DNA of 64,000 nt. It comes from Hydrolagus affinis. Taxonomy: Eukaryota. Location of the stretch: NCBI GenBank assembly GCA_012026655.1, contig JAAILG010000202.1, positions 62,001 through 126,000 on the forward strand, in the 5' to 3' direction. Under the pieces are notes generated by a model. It ran no database searches. It had not been told where the DNA came from and saw only the letters and a program-made list of their open reading frames with translations. Below, piece after piece: positions 51,480-64,000 of the stretch; position 1 is the first letter of the stretch, and each line of letters begins with the position of its first letter. The position numbers and the translations under genes were made by a program.

Positions 51480-52354
51480 AAATCAGTTCCTGGAAGCAAA
51501 GGGAACAACAACAACAACACAATTACATTTGTACAGCGCCTTTCACTATGAAATGTAGCACCCAGCAAAGAAATAAGAGCCAACGCGTGTTATTTATTCA
51601 CTTCAAATGCCAGGATTATCTCATTTATCATTTCGTTAATAATTCTTTGACAGTGTCAGTACATCAGACATAAAATTCAATTGTGCCTTTTTTACCTAAA
51701 GCCAGTATGATTGTATGAGTCACAAGGTTGTTCTGTAACTTGTTCTTTTATGTGAGTCACTGTCTGTCAAGCATTGACCTATTTTGCAGAGTTCTGAGTG
51801 GCAGACCTGTCAAATCTCCTGTCTCATTGGCTGGGGAAACCATATAAACAGTATATTTGTTTCAATATGTGTTTATTCAGCCAGAGAAATGAAGAAGCCC
51901 AATTCATTCCAGGGGGATTACTATCTCGCTGATTCTCTCACCAAATTTCAATACTTCATGAAGTGCGCTTGCACAAGTATGCTCAGTACTGTATTTGAAA
52001 GTGTTGATATTTATAGAGTTATCATTTCCTATTGTCTTTAAGTCAAACGCAAGATTGAAAACGTTTAAGCAATTACAGTTGAGGATAAAGACAAGTAGTT
52101 TTTTCCATATTTGATCAATTCTGTTACCTCTCACAGATTTACACAATGATTTGATGTTGCGATACAGCTGAAGTGCAGGAAATGGTATCTTTGTCAACCA
52201 GACAGCATTGCCGATATCTGTTGTAACATGAAATGCAAATTGATTGCTGTATTTAAGGGGAAAAAATCCTATTTGTTAATTTATTTTCTCTTTCTAAACT
52301 ATCAAACCAACTGAATAATTAACTTTCATCTACAGCTCATGTCCTCTCCCTCAC

Positions 52355-52690
52355 TAAGCTCCGTGACTCTATCACCCTCATCCTCGCCCGACTTCACTAG
52401 TTCCCCATCACACAGAGGACACAGTTCAAAATCCTGGTCCTCACGTTCACAGTCCTCCATGACTTCCCTCCCCCCTACTTCTGTGACCTCCTAACCCCCT
52501 ATCACTTTGCTCAGTGGGTTCACGTCTCTCGCCTTGCCCGCCTGTCCGATTGGCAGGTGGGCAAGGCCTGTGCCCCCTTCAGCCACTCTGCCCCCCACCA
52601 TCAGGAACTCCATTAGGAAGTCCCACTGCCTCACCCCATCCTTTGCCTCCCTCAAGACTCACCTCAAAGCCCTACTCTTTGACCATATTA
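52355..52690 (+). mobile_element. L2 3' fragment
   Basis: ITLILARLH*FPI..FKIL; SFASLKTHLKALLF. Confidence 0.8.
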
Positions 52691-53648
52691 TTCAGCTCTG
52701 CTGCTGCCTATGATAGTAGCCTGTCAACACTTACTGTTTCGAATTATATGTGAAGAATGAGCTGCAGAGGGTTATTCATGGAACCAAATTCCAGAATGTG
52801 TCGCTGCCTCCAAAAGTAAACTGCCGAAAAGGGAATAAAATGGAGAGAAAACAAAACAGTATTGATAAATGTATAATGTTTAAAGCAGGTTTAGGTTGCT
52901 CAATCTCCTATGATGTAGAATCACCCCAAATCCTGCAAATGAGAATTTTCTGTTAAAGTCACAACAAGTTTAGAATGTTAAATTTAGAATGTTAGAACAA
53001 AACAAGGTGAGTGAATGATATGCTAAATTATATCAATATTCTATATTTTTGGCCTCCACTTTTATTAATAAAAATTTATGGCTAGTTGCACCACAGCTGT
53101 CAACAAATTCGATTAATTTGGAATAACGCGTTTTAATGACTCATTCCAGGTGATACGTTTGCAGAAATGGTTGCATTTATTTGGTGTTTTCAATGAAAAA
53201 ATATTCAAAACCTGCCCTATGTATAAACGATATTTACTAGTGTATGGTAGCAGTCAGTCAATTGATTTATTACTGTATATTAACCAAGAACATCAGTTGC
53301 GCCAAATGGTTGAAAAGTGCTTGGGTTGAAACAATTTTATTGCACAGCAAGGCAATTATTAAAAAAAGAACTGAAGCAAAAATTTTGCATTAATATATTT
53401 CGGTAGTGGAACTTTTTTAAAAAAAATTCTCATCTTCCACAATCAATTGTTTCAATTTGCTGTTAATAACATATTAATATGTTGCCCTTGTTTACTGCGG
53501 TCATAAGTTAAGCAGGGGCAGAGAGAGAGGTGGCAGGAGCAGAGAGGCCTATTCCAGTGGGGAGAGAATTGGAAAATAATTGAACAATAAATAAATTTTT
53601 CTATAATTTGATTAGACACAAAATTGAAATATTCTGCAGTTGTCCTCT

Positions 53649-53930
53649 GGAATCCTGTAGCTCAGTGGTTAGAACAATCACCTCGCAGGCGAGAAACCTA
53701 GGTTTCATTCTTGGCAGGGAGAAACGTTGGGCAAGCTTTCTTACTCCACATGCCTAATAATAATCGCTCAAGAAAAAAGCCAGAATAATAAATTGGTTAC
53801 TTCAATTAACGACTGTTTGTGAGACACTGCTGTGCGCAATTGGTTGCCGTGTTTTGCCAAAAAAATATAGTCAATTTACTTCACAGCATATTCTGTAAAG
53901 TGTTTTCAGACATGAAAATCGTTATATCAA
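53649..53930 (+). mobile_element. Deu SINE, near full-length
   Basis: GGAATCCTGTAGCTCAGTGG head and Deu core. Confidence 0.88.
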
Positions 53931-54028
53931 CAGATGGTTGGAAATGGGCAAATTATCAGAAAGCACATGTATGTGTAGAATTGTTCATATTTTAACCCGT
54001 TGTTGAATAAATATTATTTGCTGGTTTA

Positions 54029-54205
54029 AATAATAATAATCCTTGCATTTGATATATAGCCTTATCATGTCATTGAAACGTCTCGAAGTGCTTCACAGAA
54101 TATGTTGTAAAGTGGATAAACTATATTTTGTGGGCAAAACGCGGCAGCCAGATGCGCACAACAGTGTCCCACAAATAGTTATGGATTGAGTAACCAAATT
54201 TATTT
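54029..54205 (-). mobile_element. Deu SINE 3' half
   Basis: Tail and Deu core in reverse orientation. Confidence 0.85.
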
Positions 54206-55584
54206 ATTTATTTTTGTCCTAAGATCGCAATTAAAATACAAGATTCCTAATTCCTCTCATATAATTTGAGCAGAAGTGGTAATCTATACATTTCTAAAGT
54301 TAATTATATATCAAATTGTACAAATGACATTCCAAGAATCTATCACTCAATTCAGTTTTTGTCAGCCGGAAATGTCAAAGCAGAATTTCACAAATGATCC
54401 TGTGTTTTAATCTTGTTAGCCTGAATTTTCTAAAAGATATTTCAGTGGCATTGAAACTCTAAGTGATATCTCGATGCACGATTTCAGCTAAAATGTTGAA
54501 TTACACAGAAAGGTGATGTGACACTGATTTCTTCTTTCCGTTCATTACTGTAGAAATCTGTACATTTGTAATTAACAAACGCTGGAACCTTAAATAAGAG
54601 TCTAATTCCCCATTTTATACCACACTTGCACCATCGATTCAATGCAATTTTCTTGTCAAAACAAAGTTAAAAGTGTGGTGTAAATCATGTATTAGGGGCA
54701 TTGATTTAATTCTGAGCTCCTCATCTCACCTCCAGAAGGTGGTTCAGATTGAAATAATTTGCCATTGGCTTCAGGGTAAAACTGGATTTGATGGCAGCCA
54801 ATTTTAATGAACATTTAAACTTAAAAATAAATAGGTTTAAAACCTACTGGCAAACTTATTGGATATTCCCTTAAGATTTTTAATTTTATTCAATAGACAG
54901 TTACGTTTCTAGAATTTTAATTTAAAAAAATGCTCTATCACTATAGTTACTGGAGCTTTGTATATGTTGTAATGCTATTTTAATGCAAAACACAATGTAG
55001 ATTCACTCCGACCTTTAATTCCACTTACAAATCAACCTCTTTCAAATCTGCCAGTCACTTTCCCAGAATCCTTTTATCCTTGCTTCATCCAAATTCCATT
55101 ATCTCTCAACTCCTTAAAGCAATATGCAACATATGTGCGTCGAAAGAGAGGGAAGGATGGAAGATAATGCTTCACCTATTGAGATGTTTCAAACTGCTTG
55201 ACAGTCATTACTGTCCACTCCAGTGTAATGTCTGTTTCTGGTTTGAAACGCAGCAAGCCATTTTGTTCACAGCAAAGTTACACATATAATAATAATTCTT
55301 GTATTTTATATTAGCGCTTTACATGACTTAAGTTATTTGTTAACATTGAAATGCTTTTTCCTGTTGTATTCATTTTATTAGAGCCGCCTAGTATATCATG
55401 ATTTAATTTAACATTAAACAGTGGCAGTAATGTCAAAATGTACAATTTGCTGTGTACCATGCAATCTGTGATTGTGTTCATTGTTAATGCAGGTATCCAT
55501 TTTGCTACAAAATGCAGACATTTTAAATGGTGGTACTGTGATGACTGCCAACATAATGAAGTCATTTTAAAAAAAAAAATGCAC

Positions 55585-55786
55585 AATATTTGTGAGCAAA
55601 ACGTGACAACCGATCACACACAGCAGTATCCTACAAACAGTCATGGATTGAATTGACAATTAAACTTTTTTTTAGGGATTAGGCGTATGGAGTAAGGAAA
55701 CTTGTACAAGATTTCGCCCTGTCTGGAATCGAACCCAGGTCTCTCACCTATAAGGCGAGTGCTCTAACCACTGAGCTAAAGGACTC
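55585..55786 (-). mobile_element. Deu SINE 5' part
   Basis: Reverse complement GAGTCCTTTAGCTCAGTGG...GGTTCGATTCC. Confidence 0.82.
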
Positions 55787-56604
55787 TAGAGTTGATAAAA
55801 GCAGAGGGGGAAAGAGCAAATTTTTAGTGCTATTTATGTTGCTCTGAGGAATATAAAATTACATAGTAGAGAATCAATGGCTGGCATCTATAAGCTTGGC
55901 ATCTCGCTAAACTACAATATTGAACAGATACTATGAGAGTCAAGTTGGCTATGTTTGGAAAAAAAACTCTTAATTTTCCAACTGCCTTGCTTCTTAGATT
56001 AATTTTCAGAGACCTTATTGTGACCTTTTGTAAGGAATGACTTATTTTCAGAGTACACCGAAAACATCTACGGGCTGGGCTGCCTAGTATTGTCCAAAGA
56101 AAACTAAATGAAGCACAAGAATAATATAAAGGATCCCACGTGTCTGTAAGGAGTGATGTAAATCATATATCCAAAATTATAAATGAGATTCAGATGTTTA
56201 AATTTCATTCAGGAAAAATCACAAGATAGCCCCAAGAATGTCTGCGAGTGTTTCATTGCCTATTGCAGATTGCAAAATATGGTAACGTGTTGTGGTGTTA
56301 CTTCAAGCCACAAATCAATAACCGATGTATCGTAGAGGCAGATAAGGTGGGTGGTGAGCCAGAGCAAGATCGTGTAGTTGCCAGCTTTGTGAATAATGCT
56401 GTCATATACAGTCACTTTCCATGGCGTATACATGGCACAGTGTACATATGTTCCAGCACACGTAGAGAACAGAATTCTGTTAATATAAACTAAAAAGGAC
56501 TCTAAATGTTACAGCACCTTCACATAGAACACAAGACTTTATTAACCAGCTCTGCCATACTCATTTCAGAAATATTTCCAATTTCTTTCAGTGGAGTCCT
56601 GTAA

Positions 56605-56672
56605 CTGAGTGTTCCCAGCGATTTGCTTTTGTTTCAGATTTCCAGCATCTGCAGTACAGTATTTTGTATTTT
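56605..56672. mobile_element. Penelope-like arm fragment
   Basis: TTTGTTTCAGATTTCCAGCATCTGCAGTA..TATTTTG matches the outer arm end at 23900-23940. Confidence 0.7.
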
Positions 56673-56965
56673 TGTTATTATTCTTATTGTTGTTGCTGGC
56701 AAGTTACATATCCTCCTGTTGCAAGTCGTCATTGTATAGAACCAGGAACATAGATTTCTGATGAAAGATCTTATGGTCTGATGGAGTAACAGAACATATT
56801 TGTCATTTAGAAGTTGACAATAATGCAGATACAGCAAGCAGCGCTGTGGTAACTTTGTATGTCTTATCTGTGGAAAGTTTTGGTCTGTTTTTTTTTTCCT
56901 GGGACTTTTTCTTCCTTCTCTATTGTCAGCTAGGAGAAGAAAGGAAACATGAAGCATATTAGACA

Positions 56966-57125
56966 TTTACACAGATAGACTGATTTAATTTCTGTCTGTG
57001 TTTACAGAGATAGACCGATTTAATTTGTACTTGGGCAATTGTGTTATTACCTTGATTAGATGAGACAGAGTGTTGCATTGCTGCTTGTCCCTACTGGCTT
57101 GATAGACTGATTTAATTTGTACTTG
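56966..57125. repeat. Three dispersed copies of GATAGAC(T/C)GATTTAATTT
   Basis: Copies begin at 56974, 57009 and 57101. Confidence 0.85.
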
Positions 57126-58346
57126 TGTGATGTATTATTTCACTTGTTTGAGCATGGGTGGGGGGAGGCAGGGATTAACTTCTGAAATGCTTCCTTCTCC
57201 CTCTTGGATTCATGGTTTTTAAAACTGAGAAACTTGTTGAACTATTAAGGCCTATTATACAACGTACCACCTGGGTTGACTGTGAAGTCGTGTGTTAGGT
57301 TATTTTAAGCTTTGCTTTTAAAGCCCATATATTTGAGGTCTTCTGTGCCCCTGAGAAGAAGTTTGAGTATGAGACTCGGTGAGGAGTCCGAGCTTCAATG
57401 GCTTGAACACGCAGGAATGAGGGAAATCACATTTATGCAGCTTGAGAAAAAGAGAAGGGTTCAAGACAGCAGTTGAACAGGTAGGTTGCAAAAGAGAAGG
57501 TGGAGATGAATAATTACAGAAGTATCACCAGTTGGCCTGCTTTTTCTTGGATTATGTGAGAGTAGCACATCACCTGAAGGCAAAAGAATACCATCAGGAC
57601 CCTATTTAAATTACGAACATGCATAGGTAAGGGTGGGGATAATAGTTAGAACAGTGTCACTAAGAATAGTGGCAGAAAAAAATGGAGTGCAAGGGCACCG
57701 AGCGTGGCCAATCTCCACATTCGCTAAACTCATTCTCAAAAACCATCCAAATCTGAGAGCAGTGCTACAAAATTTCAAAAAGAAGAGAAAGCGAATGTGT
57801 GAGAAATCAAAAAGAAAACAGAATTGTATCAATTAAAGGAAACTGAAAGAAAATATTAGATGGACAAATGAAAACAACGTTCTAACTTAAGATAAATAAA
57901 TTCAAATAGTTCAGGCAAGTTTATAGATACAGTACTTATACAAGAAAATTTCATAAAATCAATACAAATTATTAATTGTTTTCAAATAAATTTCCAATGA
58001 ACAATTCTAAATATAAACTCATTAAAGTTGAATGTGGTTTTATCCATATATCAGTACCTCTAGCATGTTTAACTAGAATTCAGTATTTGATGTTTCCAGA
58101 AGAGATGTTTCTGTTTCTGACCAATAATGTGATCATGGGAGGGAGATGGCAGAAGGAAGTCAATAAGAGATGGTGCCATATCTTCTACCACCGCAAACGA
58201 GACTCCTTTGATAGAGGAAAGTGTGAACACGTTATCTCCAATCTCAACTGAAAAGTACGAATATTTTAGGAGAAGTAGTTATCGGATGATGTACAGAAGT
58301 GAAACAAGTTTTCAGTTTCAAAAAAGGGAACAAATCATTGAAAACT

Positions 58347-58623
58347 TAATAGTAATCCTTGGATTTGATGAAGCTCCTTATCATGTCGAAAGAAATACAG
58401 AATATGTATTAAGGTGGATTTGACTGTTATGTGGGTGAAATGCAGCAGCCTCTTGCGCCCAGCAGTATCCCACAAACAGTTGTGGATTGAATGACCATTT
58501 AATTTTTTCTCTGGAGGGATTATTACCCAGGAAAGCGATCTGCCAAATGACTATCAACCAAATTCGTACTTACTACTTGGTAAACAGAAGGCGAGAATGT
58601 TGACCACTACACTACAGGATTCC
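58347..58623 (-). mobile_element. Deu SINE, long variant
   Basis: Reverse complement GGAATCCTGTAG...CTGTTTACCAAGTAGTAAGT...GGCAGATCGCTTTCCTGGGTAATAATCCC. Confidence 0.8.
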
Positions 58624-59789
58624 ACCCAAAAAAGTAAAAAGATAAAAAGGAAACTCCCTGAAATTGTTGTTAAATAGATAAGAATTACCGATAAAAGGTC
58701 GGTATTGTAAATCTGGAATGGGTTTACCTTTGTGCAGTGGTTGTTAAAATGACTACCGGTATTCTCAGCAATGCCATCAGCAGGAAGCCAGCTGTATTGC
58801 AGACTTATTATAATTGTCTTTCAATGATGAGAAATTCTTGGACCATTAAAAGTAAGGAAATGTGTGTTACTAAGGACTGATTGCCCCTGCCGTGCACATC
58901 ACAATAATCCTTGCACTTGATGTAGGCCTTTTTACATAGGGAGGACGTCTCAAAGTGCTGCACAGAATTTACTAGAAAGTGTCATCACTTTATTTTGTAG
59001 GCAAATATGACAGCCAATTAAATACTTAAAATCATAAGGGATATTTTGCCCATCTATATTCTGTATTCCATTTATTATGCATATACATTACTTTTTTAAA
59101 ATACTGAAAAAAAACATTAGAAATATATAATTTCATATCTATGGTATGATATAATTTCTACAGTCAGCATTAAAGAATCTTTGATATTGTATCAACAATA
59201 AATTATGATAATAATAAAGGTATAGTTTACAGTTAACCAAGTGCTAGAGTTTTTTGTAAATGGAATCTCTTAGAAAGAGCATCTCTCATCTCTGTACTGT
59301 ACTTGTTTACTTGTTAGTCACTCCCACAAATCATAACTGACCTGACATCCTGTTGTAATAGCCTAATTATTTCACTAGAGGTCCTCTTTCCCAAGACTAG
59401 AAGGTGGAGTGACCATTACCTTTTGGGCAGTTCCAGTGGGCAGAAGTATTGCTTTGTTGATGATGTGCTTTGATGTTAGGTCATTTCAAGAAGGGGCGAG
59501 AGGGGAGAATTCTTCCACAAGGTTCCACATTTCAACTTTGCTGCCACTGTTTGCTGCCTTTTTTTTTTACATTTCACTGCAAGTTTGGTCTGTTGTTGAT
59601 GCTTTTCCTTGTCTATGACCTCCTGCTTCTTGATACTATTTGAATTCTGTAGCTATATTAACTTTTCTCATCACTATCAATTTTACCCTTGCAGTCAATT
59701 TCTCTTCCCTGAAATGTTAACCATACAATGGACCACAAATAGGCACTTGTTTGGAAAATGTTACACAACGTTAACCATGGTAATTGTTC

Positions 59790-60190
59790 ACTGGAAATAT
59801 GGGAATAGGAGTAAGCCATTCAGCTCATTGAGTCTGTTCCAGCATTCTATAAGATTTAGGCATAATCACACAAGTAATTTGAAAGCCTGAAAGTTCTCAA
59901 TGGAGTATACAAATCACTACAATGAAGATTTGCATCAACATTGGGCATCTCTATTGATCTGGGAACATGGGTGTTCACTGTATGCTGAACTACATATCCA
60001 AATCCTAATAATTCAATGGTATAGAATAGCAATACATCAATTCATTAGAACACTATCCATTCTATTCCCAGCTGTTAGTTTTCCTATTATCTATTTTCAA
60101 GGACCTTAGTGTTGCCTCCTAGTGATATGGCACCAAAACTACGAACAGTATGTGAGAATTTTGGCATGTTTTCGAATGAACACCACCATA
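59790..60190 (-). mobile_element. Old CR1 3' fragments
   Basis: GGAATAGGAGTAAGCCATTCAGC tail; ATATGGCACCAAAACTACGAACAGTA (F-W-x-P-Y-like motif on the minus strand). Confidence 0.6.
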
Positions 60191-61427
60191 ACATTTACAT
60201 TGAAATGTATGTCACAGAAGGAGGTGTGGAAATCATCCGATTTTTAACCTAGAATAGAATACATAAGCATCATTGCTGGGATGACTTGAATTTCTATATT
60301 AGCATGGTATTTATTAATGGGCAGCTTGCTATAAAATGGATATTGTAGTTTGAGTGATTTAGTGCATGCCGAAAAGAAAACACATGAAAAATCTAACCAT
60401 GGCTTTGTTTATGCTGCCAAGCGAACCAGGATAGCGATTGCCTTAATGTGATTTTGATATTTCTGTAGTTAAAGAATTTATAACTCCTAATGTCAAATGG
60501 TCTCTCTTCACATAACTGGGATGACATTAATCATAATCTATAAATATTTGTTAATGTGTTTTTCATGAAATACAGTTTCACGAGGAATGAAAATGATATG
60601 TGTGTTTAATGAGGTTAGCTCTTCTGCAAATATATTCTGAGGAATCTGAACTCTCTAATCATCTGAATGTCATAACAACCTTCACATGACAATATGTGAT
60701 ATCAATGACATTGGAAATGCTATTAGTTGCTCACTAAAGATGGTTTATTGATAGTTTCATGAAACATCAGTTAAACCTCAGATTTGGATTGTCTCTTTAT
60801 CTATTTGAACCTTTCAGGATTAAAAAAAAGTTTTTATCAATACTTGGCAATTGGAGTGAGGTTAGTTTGCATCTGAAATGTCTGAGTTGGAAACATTTCC
60901 AAGCAATCCCAGAAATCTGAGTTGTCTTAGGTTGACCAAAGAAAATCTCAAAAGACTCATGCTTGTTTACTTCATAAAAGCTGACTGTATGACTCAACTA
61001 CATGGAGACCTGGCACTATGGGAAGTGAGTGGAAGCACGTATACAGACAAAGTTTCAGCATTATCTCTGTGGGCAGATTGCTTGTTACCTGCACAATAGA
61101 TGGTAAATTTGTGGTACTCAGATTTGCTCGAAACAAACTGTTGGGAGTTTTGATAAAGGCAAGGGGATGTTGACAGCTATGGATATCAGTAACGAGAGGA
61201 GACTGTCTGACTCAAAAGATGTTTTTATTGGCGCTGAATTCCAGATGTCTTTACAAGGTGGGTGTGTATGTTTTTACAAGGTATAAAAAGTAAGGATAAT
61301 TCTCCATAAAAGGCGATGAGCTGAGTTTTGGGAACGGAGCGCTAAACCCAGCCAATCTCAAGGAAAGAGGGAAATACAGCACTAAAATCAGCATGGGTCG
61401 ACAAACGTGAACAAGTTGATTCATACA

Positions 61428-61702
61428 TTGAATCCAGGCAGGTCAGGGCGAGACCTTGGGCAAGTTTCCTTTCTCCACACCCATGCCTAACAATAATCCA
61501 TCCATAAAAACCACAATAATAAACTTGGTCATTTCGATCCACGACTGTTTGTGGGGACACTGCTGTGCGCAATTGGCTGCTGTGTTTCGTCCACAAATAT
61601 ACAGACAATTCAATTTACGGTATATTCTGTGAAGTGCTTTGAGACATCAATAAGATATGAAAAGCGCAACGTCAAATGCAAGGATTATTATTATTATTAT
61701 TA
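61428..61702 (+). mobile_element. Deu SINE, 5'-truncated
   Basis: GAATCCAGGCAGGTCAGGGCGAGACCTTGGGCAAG, Deu core, (ATT)n tail. Confidence 0.9.
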
Positions 61703-62748
61703 CTGTATATTGATCTGATCAAACCATTGCAGTGAACTACACTGAACAGTCATAAGCATTAATTTGATGAAATGTATAACCTTGCTAATATTTTGGTAAA
61801 TTTTACTACTGGCAAACTTGTGCCAGTTCATACTTCACCACAGGGTCACGAATTTAAGGAATTCCAACAATAGTGAGCTGTAAATGTATTGGGTTTCTGT
61901 ACAATAAATATGTACATTTAAATACATAAATACATTTACATTTGAGTTTGTTGGCATAAGTATTTAAAATAATGAGTGAAGTTTATATTCCTTGTTAAAT
62001 CATTGTGTCATAAACATGGAGACAGCTGCAACTATCGATATCATGGGAGCAGCAGTGATTGAGTTAATGCTCTGCTGGTGGTCTGATTAAGTGTACCGCA
62101 AAATAGATTGTTTTTATTTGGCAGGACAGTGAGAGGACACGATTGTGCTCACAAACACCAAAGGAAAAAATAATACGGCAGTACTGCACTAGTGTGATAG
62201 AAGTAAACAGATTTAAGCAGAGATAATGTGGATAAATGTGAGCCAGACAAATACCTGTTATACTCAAGCTTTACTATCACATTCCTTGCTAAACTGACTC
62301 TAAATACAGCTCTAACATTTTGAGCGTTAACGCACAAGGGTAACTACATTCTTCACTTTACTGGTAAGACTAGCACTTTCATGAGGTGGAGGTTCACATT
62401 AGCACAAACTTTGCAAAATACTGTCACTCCATTTTACAGTATCTCATTTGCAGAACTTTGAGATGACCTCTCATTGTGAAAGCTGCTGTACCAAATTTAA
62501 AAAAATTATTAACTCCAGTGAATTAAATAGGTTAAAAATAATACTGAACTCACCACCCTGGTTTAAGGAACGTTATCAATCAGGTTTCCCAATTCAAAAA
62601 GGTTATCCACTGCAAACATATGGACAATGGATGAGAACATGCCTGAACTTGATTGTGATGCTGCTAATTGATAAGAAACCTTACCAACACTCACCGTCTG
62701 CACTCGCGTTAAGAATGGCCTAAAGGGTCTGGCATTTGTGGATGCGTC

Positions 62749-62867
62749 AATAATAATAATCCTTATATAGCGCTTTTCACGTCTTCCAGAAGACTCAAAA
62801 CGCTTGACAGAATATACTGTAAAGCAAATTGACTGTATATATGTGGGCGAAACGCGGCAGCCAATTA
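62749..62867 (-). mobile_element. Deu SINE 3' fragment
   Basis: AATAATAATCC...TGTGGGCGAAACGCGGCAGCCAATT. Confidence 0.85.
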
Positions 62868-64000
62868 AGCAAGTCAGCACATTGAGGAGAGAAAATTGCA
62901 GAAGGAAAAAAAATACAAATCTAGCATGTTTTACAACAGCCTCCTTTATAATTGCCCTAGGGGGATGTGTGAAAGCATTCTGAGCTGGCATTCCATTTCT
63001 AATTCCTTCCCTGAGGGAAAGGAGCTGGTCTTAGCCCTGGCTCTGTGCCTCCTGATAATAGCATGGCTGAGATTGCATCCCCTGTGGGAACGGCCGAATA
63101 ACTAAACTGTATCAGGTATTAGGTTCTTTTAGTTCATCTAAACAACAGAAATCAAAGAACATACATGTCATTAAATCGAAGATTTTCATAACTAGTTATA
63201 CATAATTGATGGTTCTGTATGTGAAATCGGCCAAAATTTTGTTTTCCATTTGAACGACCTAAATAACCGAAAAAAAAAGATTAAACAATATAATTCTGAG
63301 GTAAAGTTGTATTTGAAATAAGCAGAAGCAATAAGGCAGTAAGACAAACAATTCTCTTGGATATATTATTTTATTAGATCAAAAATAATGTACTTTGCAC
63401 AGAATTATCCAAGACAAATCATGTGTTTTCTAAGTAAGCTACGTACAGGCTTATTGAAAAGTGAGGAGCAGGATATTTGGAGCTTTTTCAGACAGCAACA
63501 AGCAATCTGAATTGATCTTAATAGTGGAGCCAGAGCAATGATAGCCAGTGAAAAATAAGCTTGTCATGATCTTATCTGTTAAATAGATCGCTTTTGAGCT
63601 GATTTGCCCATATTAACTGTATTTCTCTGAAAAAATTGAAACTTTTACAGCTGAGATAAGCTGTGTATTTGTTGGGAGTTTTACGCTGCCAGAACTTTCA
63701 TTTGTAATTACAGGATCTGTTCTCTAATACAAGATGAATAGTGCAACAATTATTTAGGTCAGAGTATACCGTAAAGCTACAGTGGTAACTGACAACAATT
63801 TACAGTTGTTTTTAAAACAATCTCTTGATTTAGAAATATTATTCTAATTATTAAATGCTGAAATTTGATTTTGCAACAATTATATTTGATGAAATAAAAT
63901 AATTTCTTTTATTCTTGTAGTTAATGAATTCTTTTATTCAATTAGTTAATATTTACAGTGATCTTTTTGAAGTTGACCTGGCCTCAACATTTGTTGTTGT

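Noticed and set aside
56758-56790. Hammerhead core CTGATGAAAGATC-TTAT-GGTCTGA
   Set aside because: Lacks GAAA and stem III; at best a dead remnant.
56966-57125. CRISPR-like repeat-spacer array
   Set aside because: Only three short copies with irregular spacing, no cas genes, vertebrate context.

Overview
Eukaryotic, AT-rich, repeat-dense vertebrate DNA. The repeat inventory points to a cartilaginous fish, probably a chimaera such as the elephant shark; this is inference from repeat families, not a database match. I see no recognisable protein-coding gene, CRISPR array, rRNA or true tRNA, so the window looks like a large intron or gene desert. It contains: (i) many copies of a tRNA-headed Deu-domain SINE with (TAT)n tails, in long and short variants, plus older full-Deu SINE relics; (ii) L2 and CR1 LINE fragments, some with recognisable RT motifs; (iii) short Penelope-like-element (PLE) terminal insertions with inverted arms, target-site duplications and minimal type-I hammerhead ribozyme cores; (iv) DNA-transposon MITEs (a TTAA-flanked fold-back Kolobok/T2-like element and TA-flanked Tigger/pogo-like elements); (v) repeat-free islands that may be conserved non-coding enhancers. 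The strongest 'system-like' signal is the ORF-less PLE-derived unit carrying hammerhead cores on both strands (21951-22205). PLE hammerheads are a known class, so novelty would lie in this family and its architecture. Almost all supplied ORFs are spurious or TE-derived. Most TE boundaries are approximate, read by eye.
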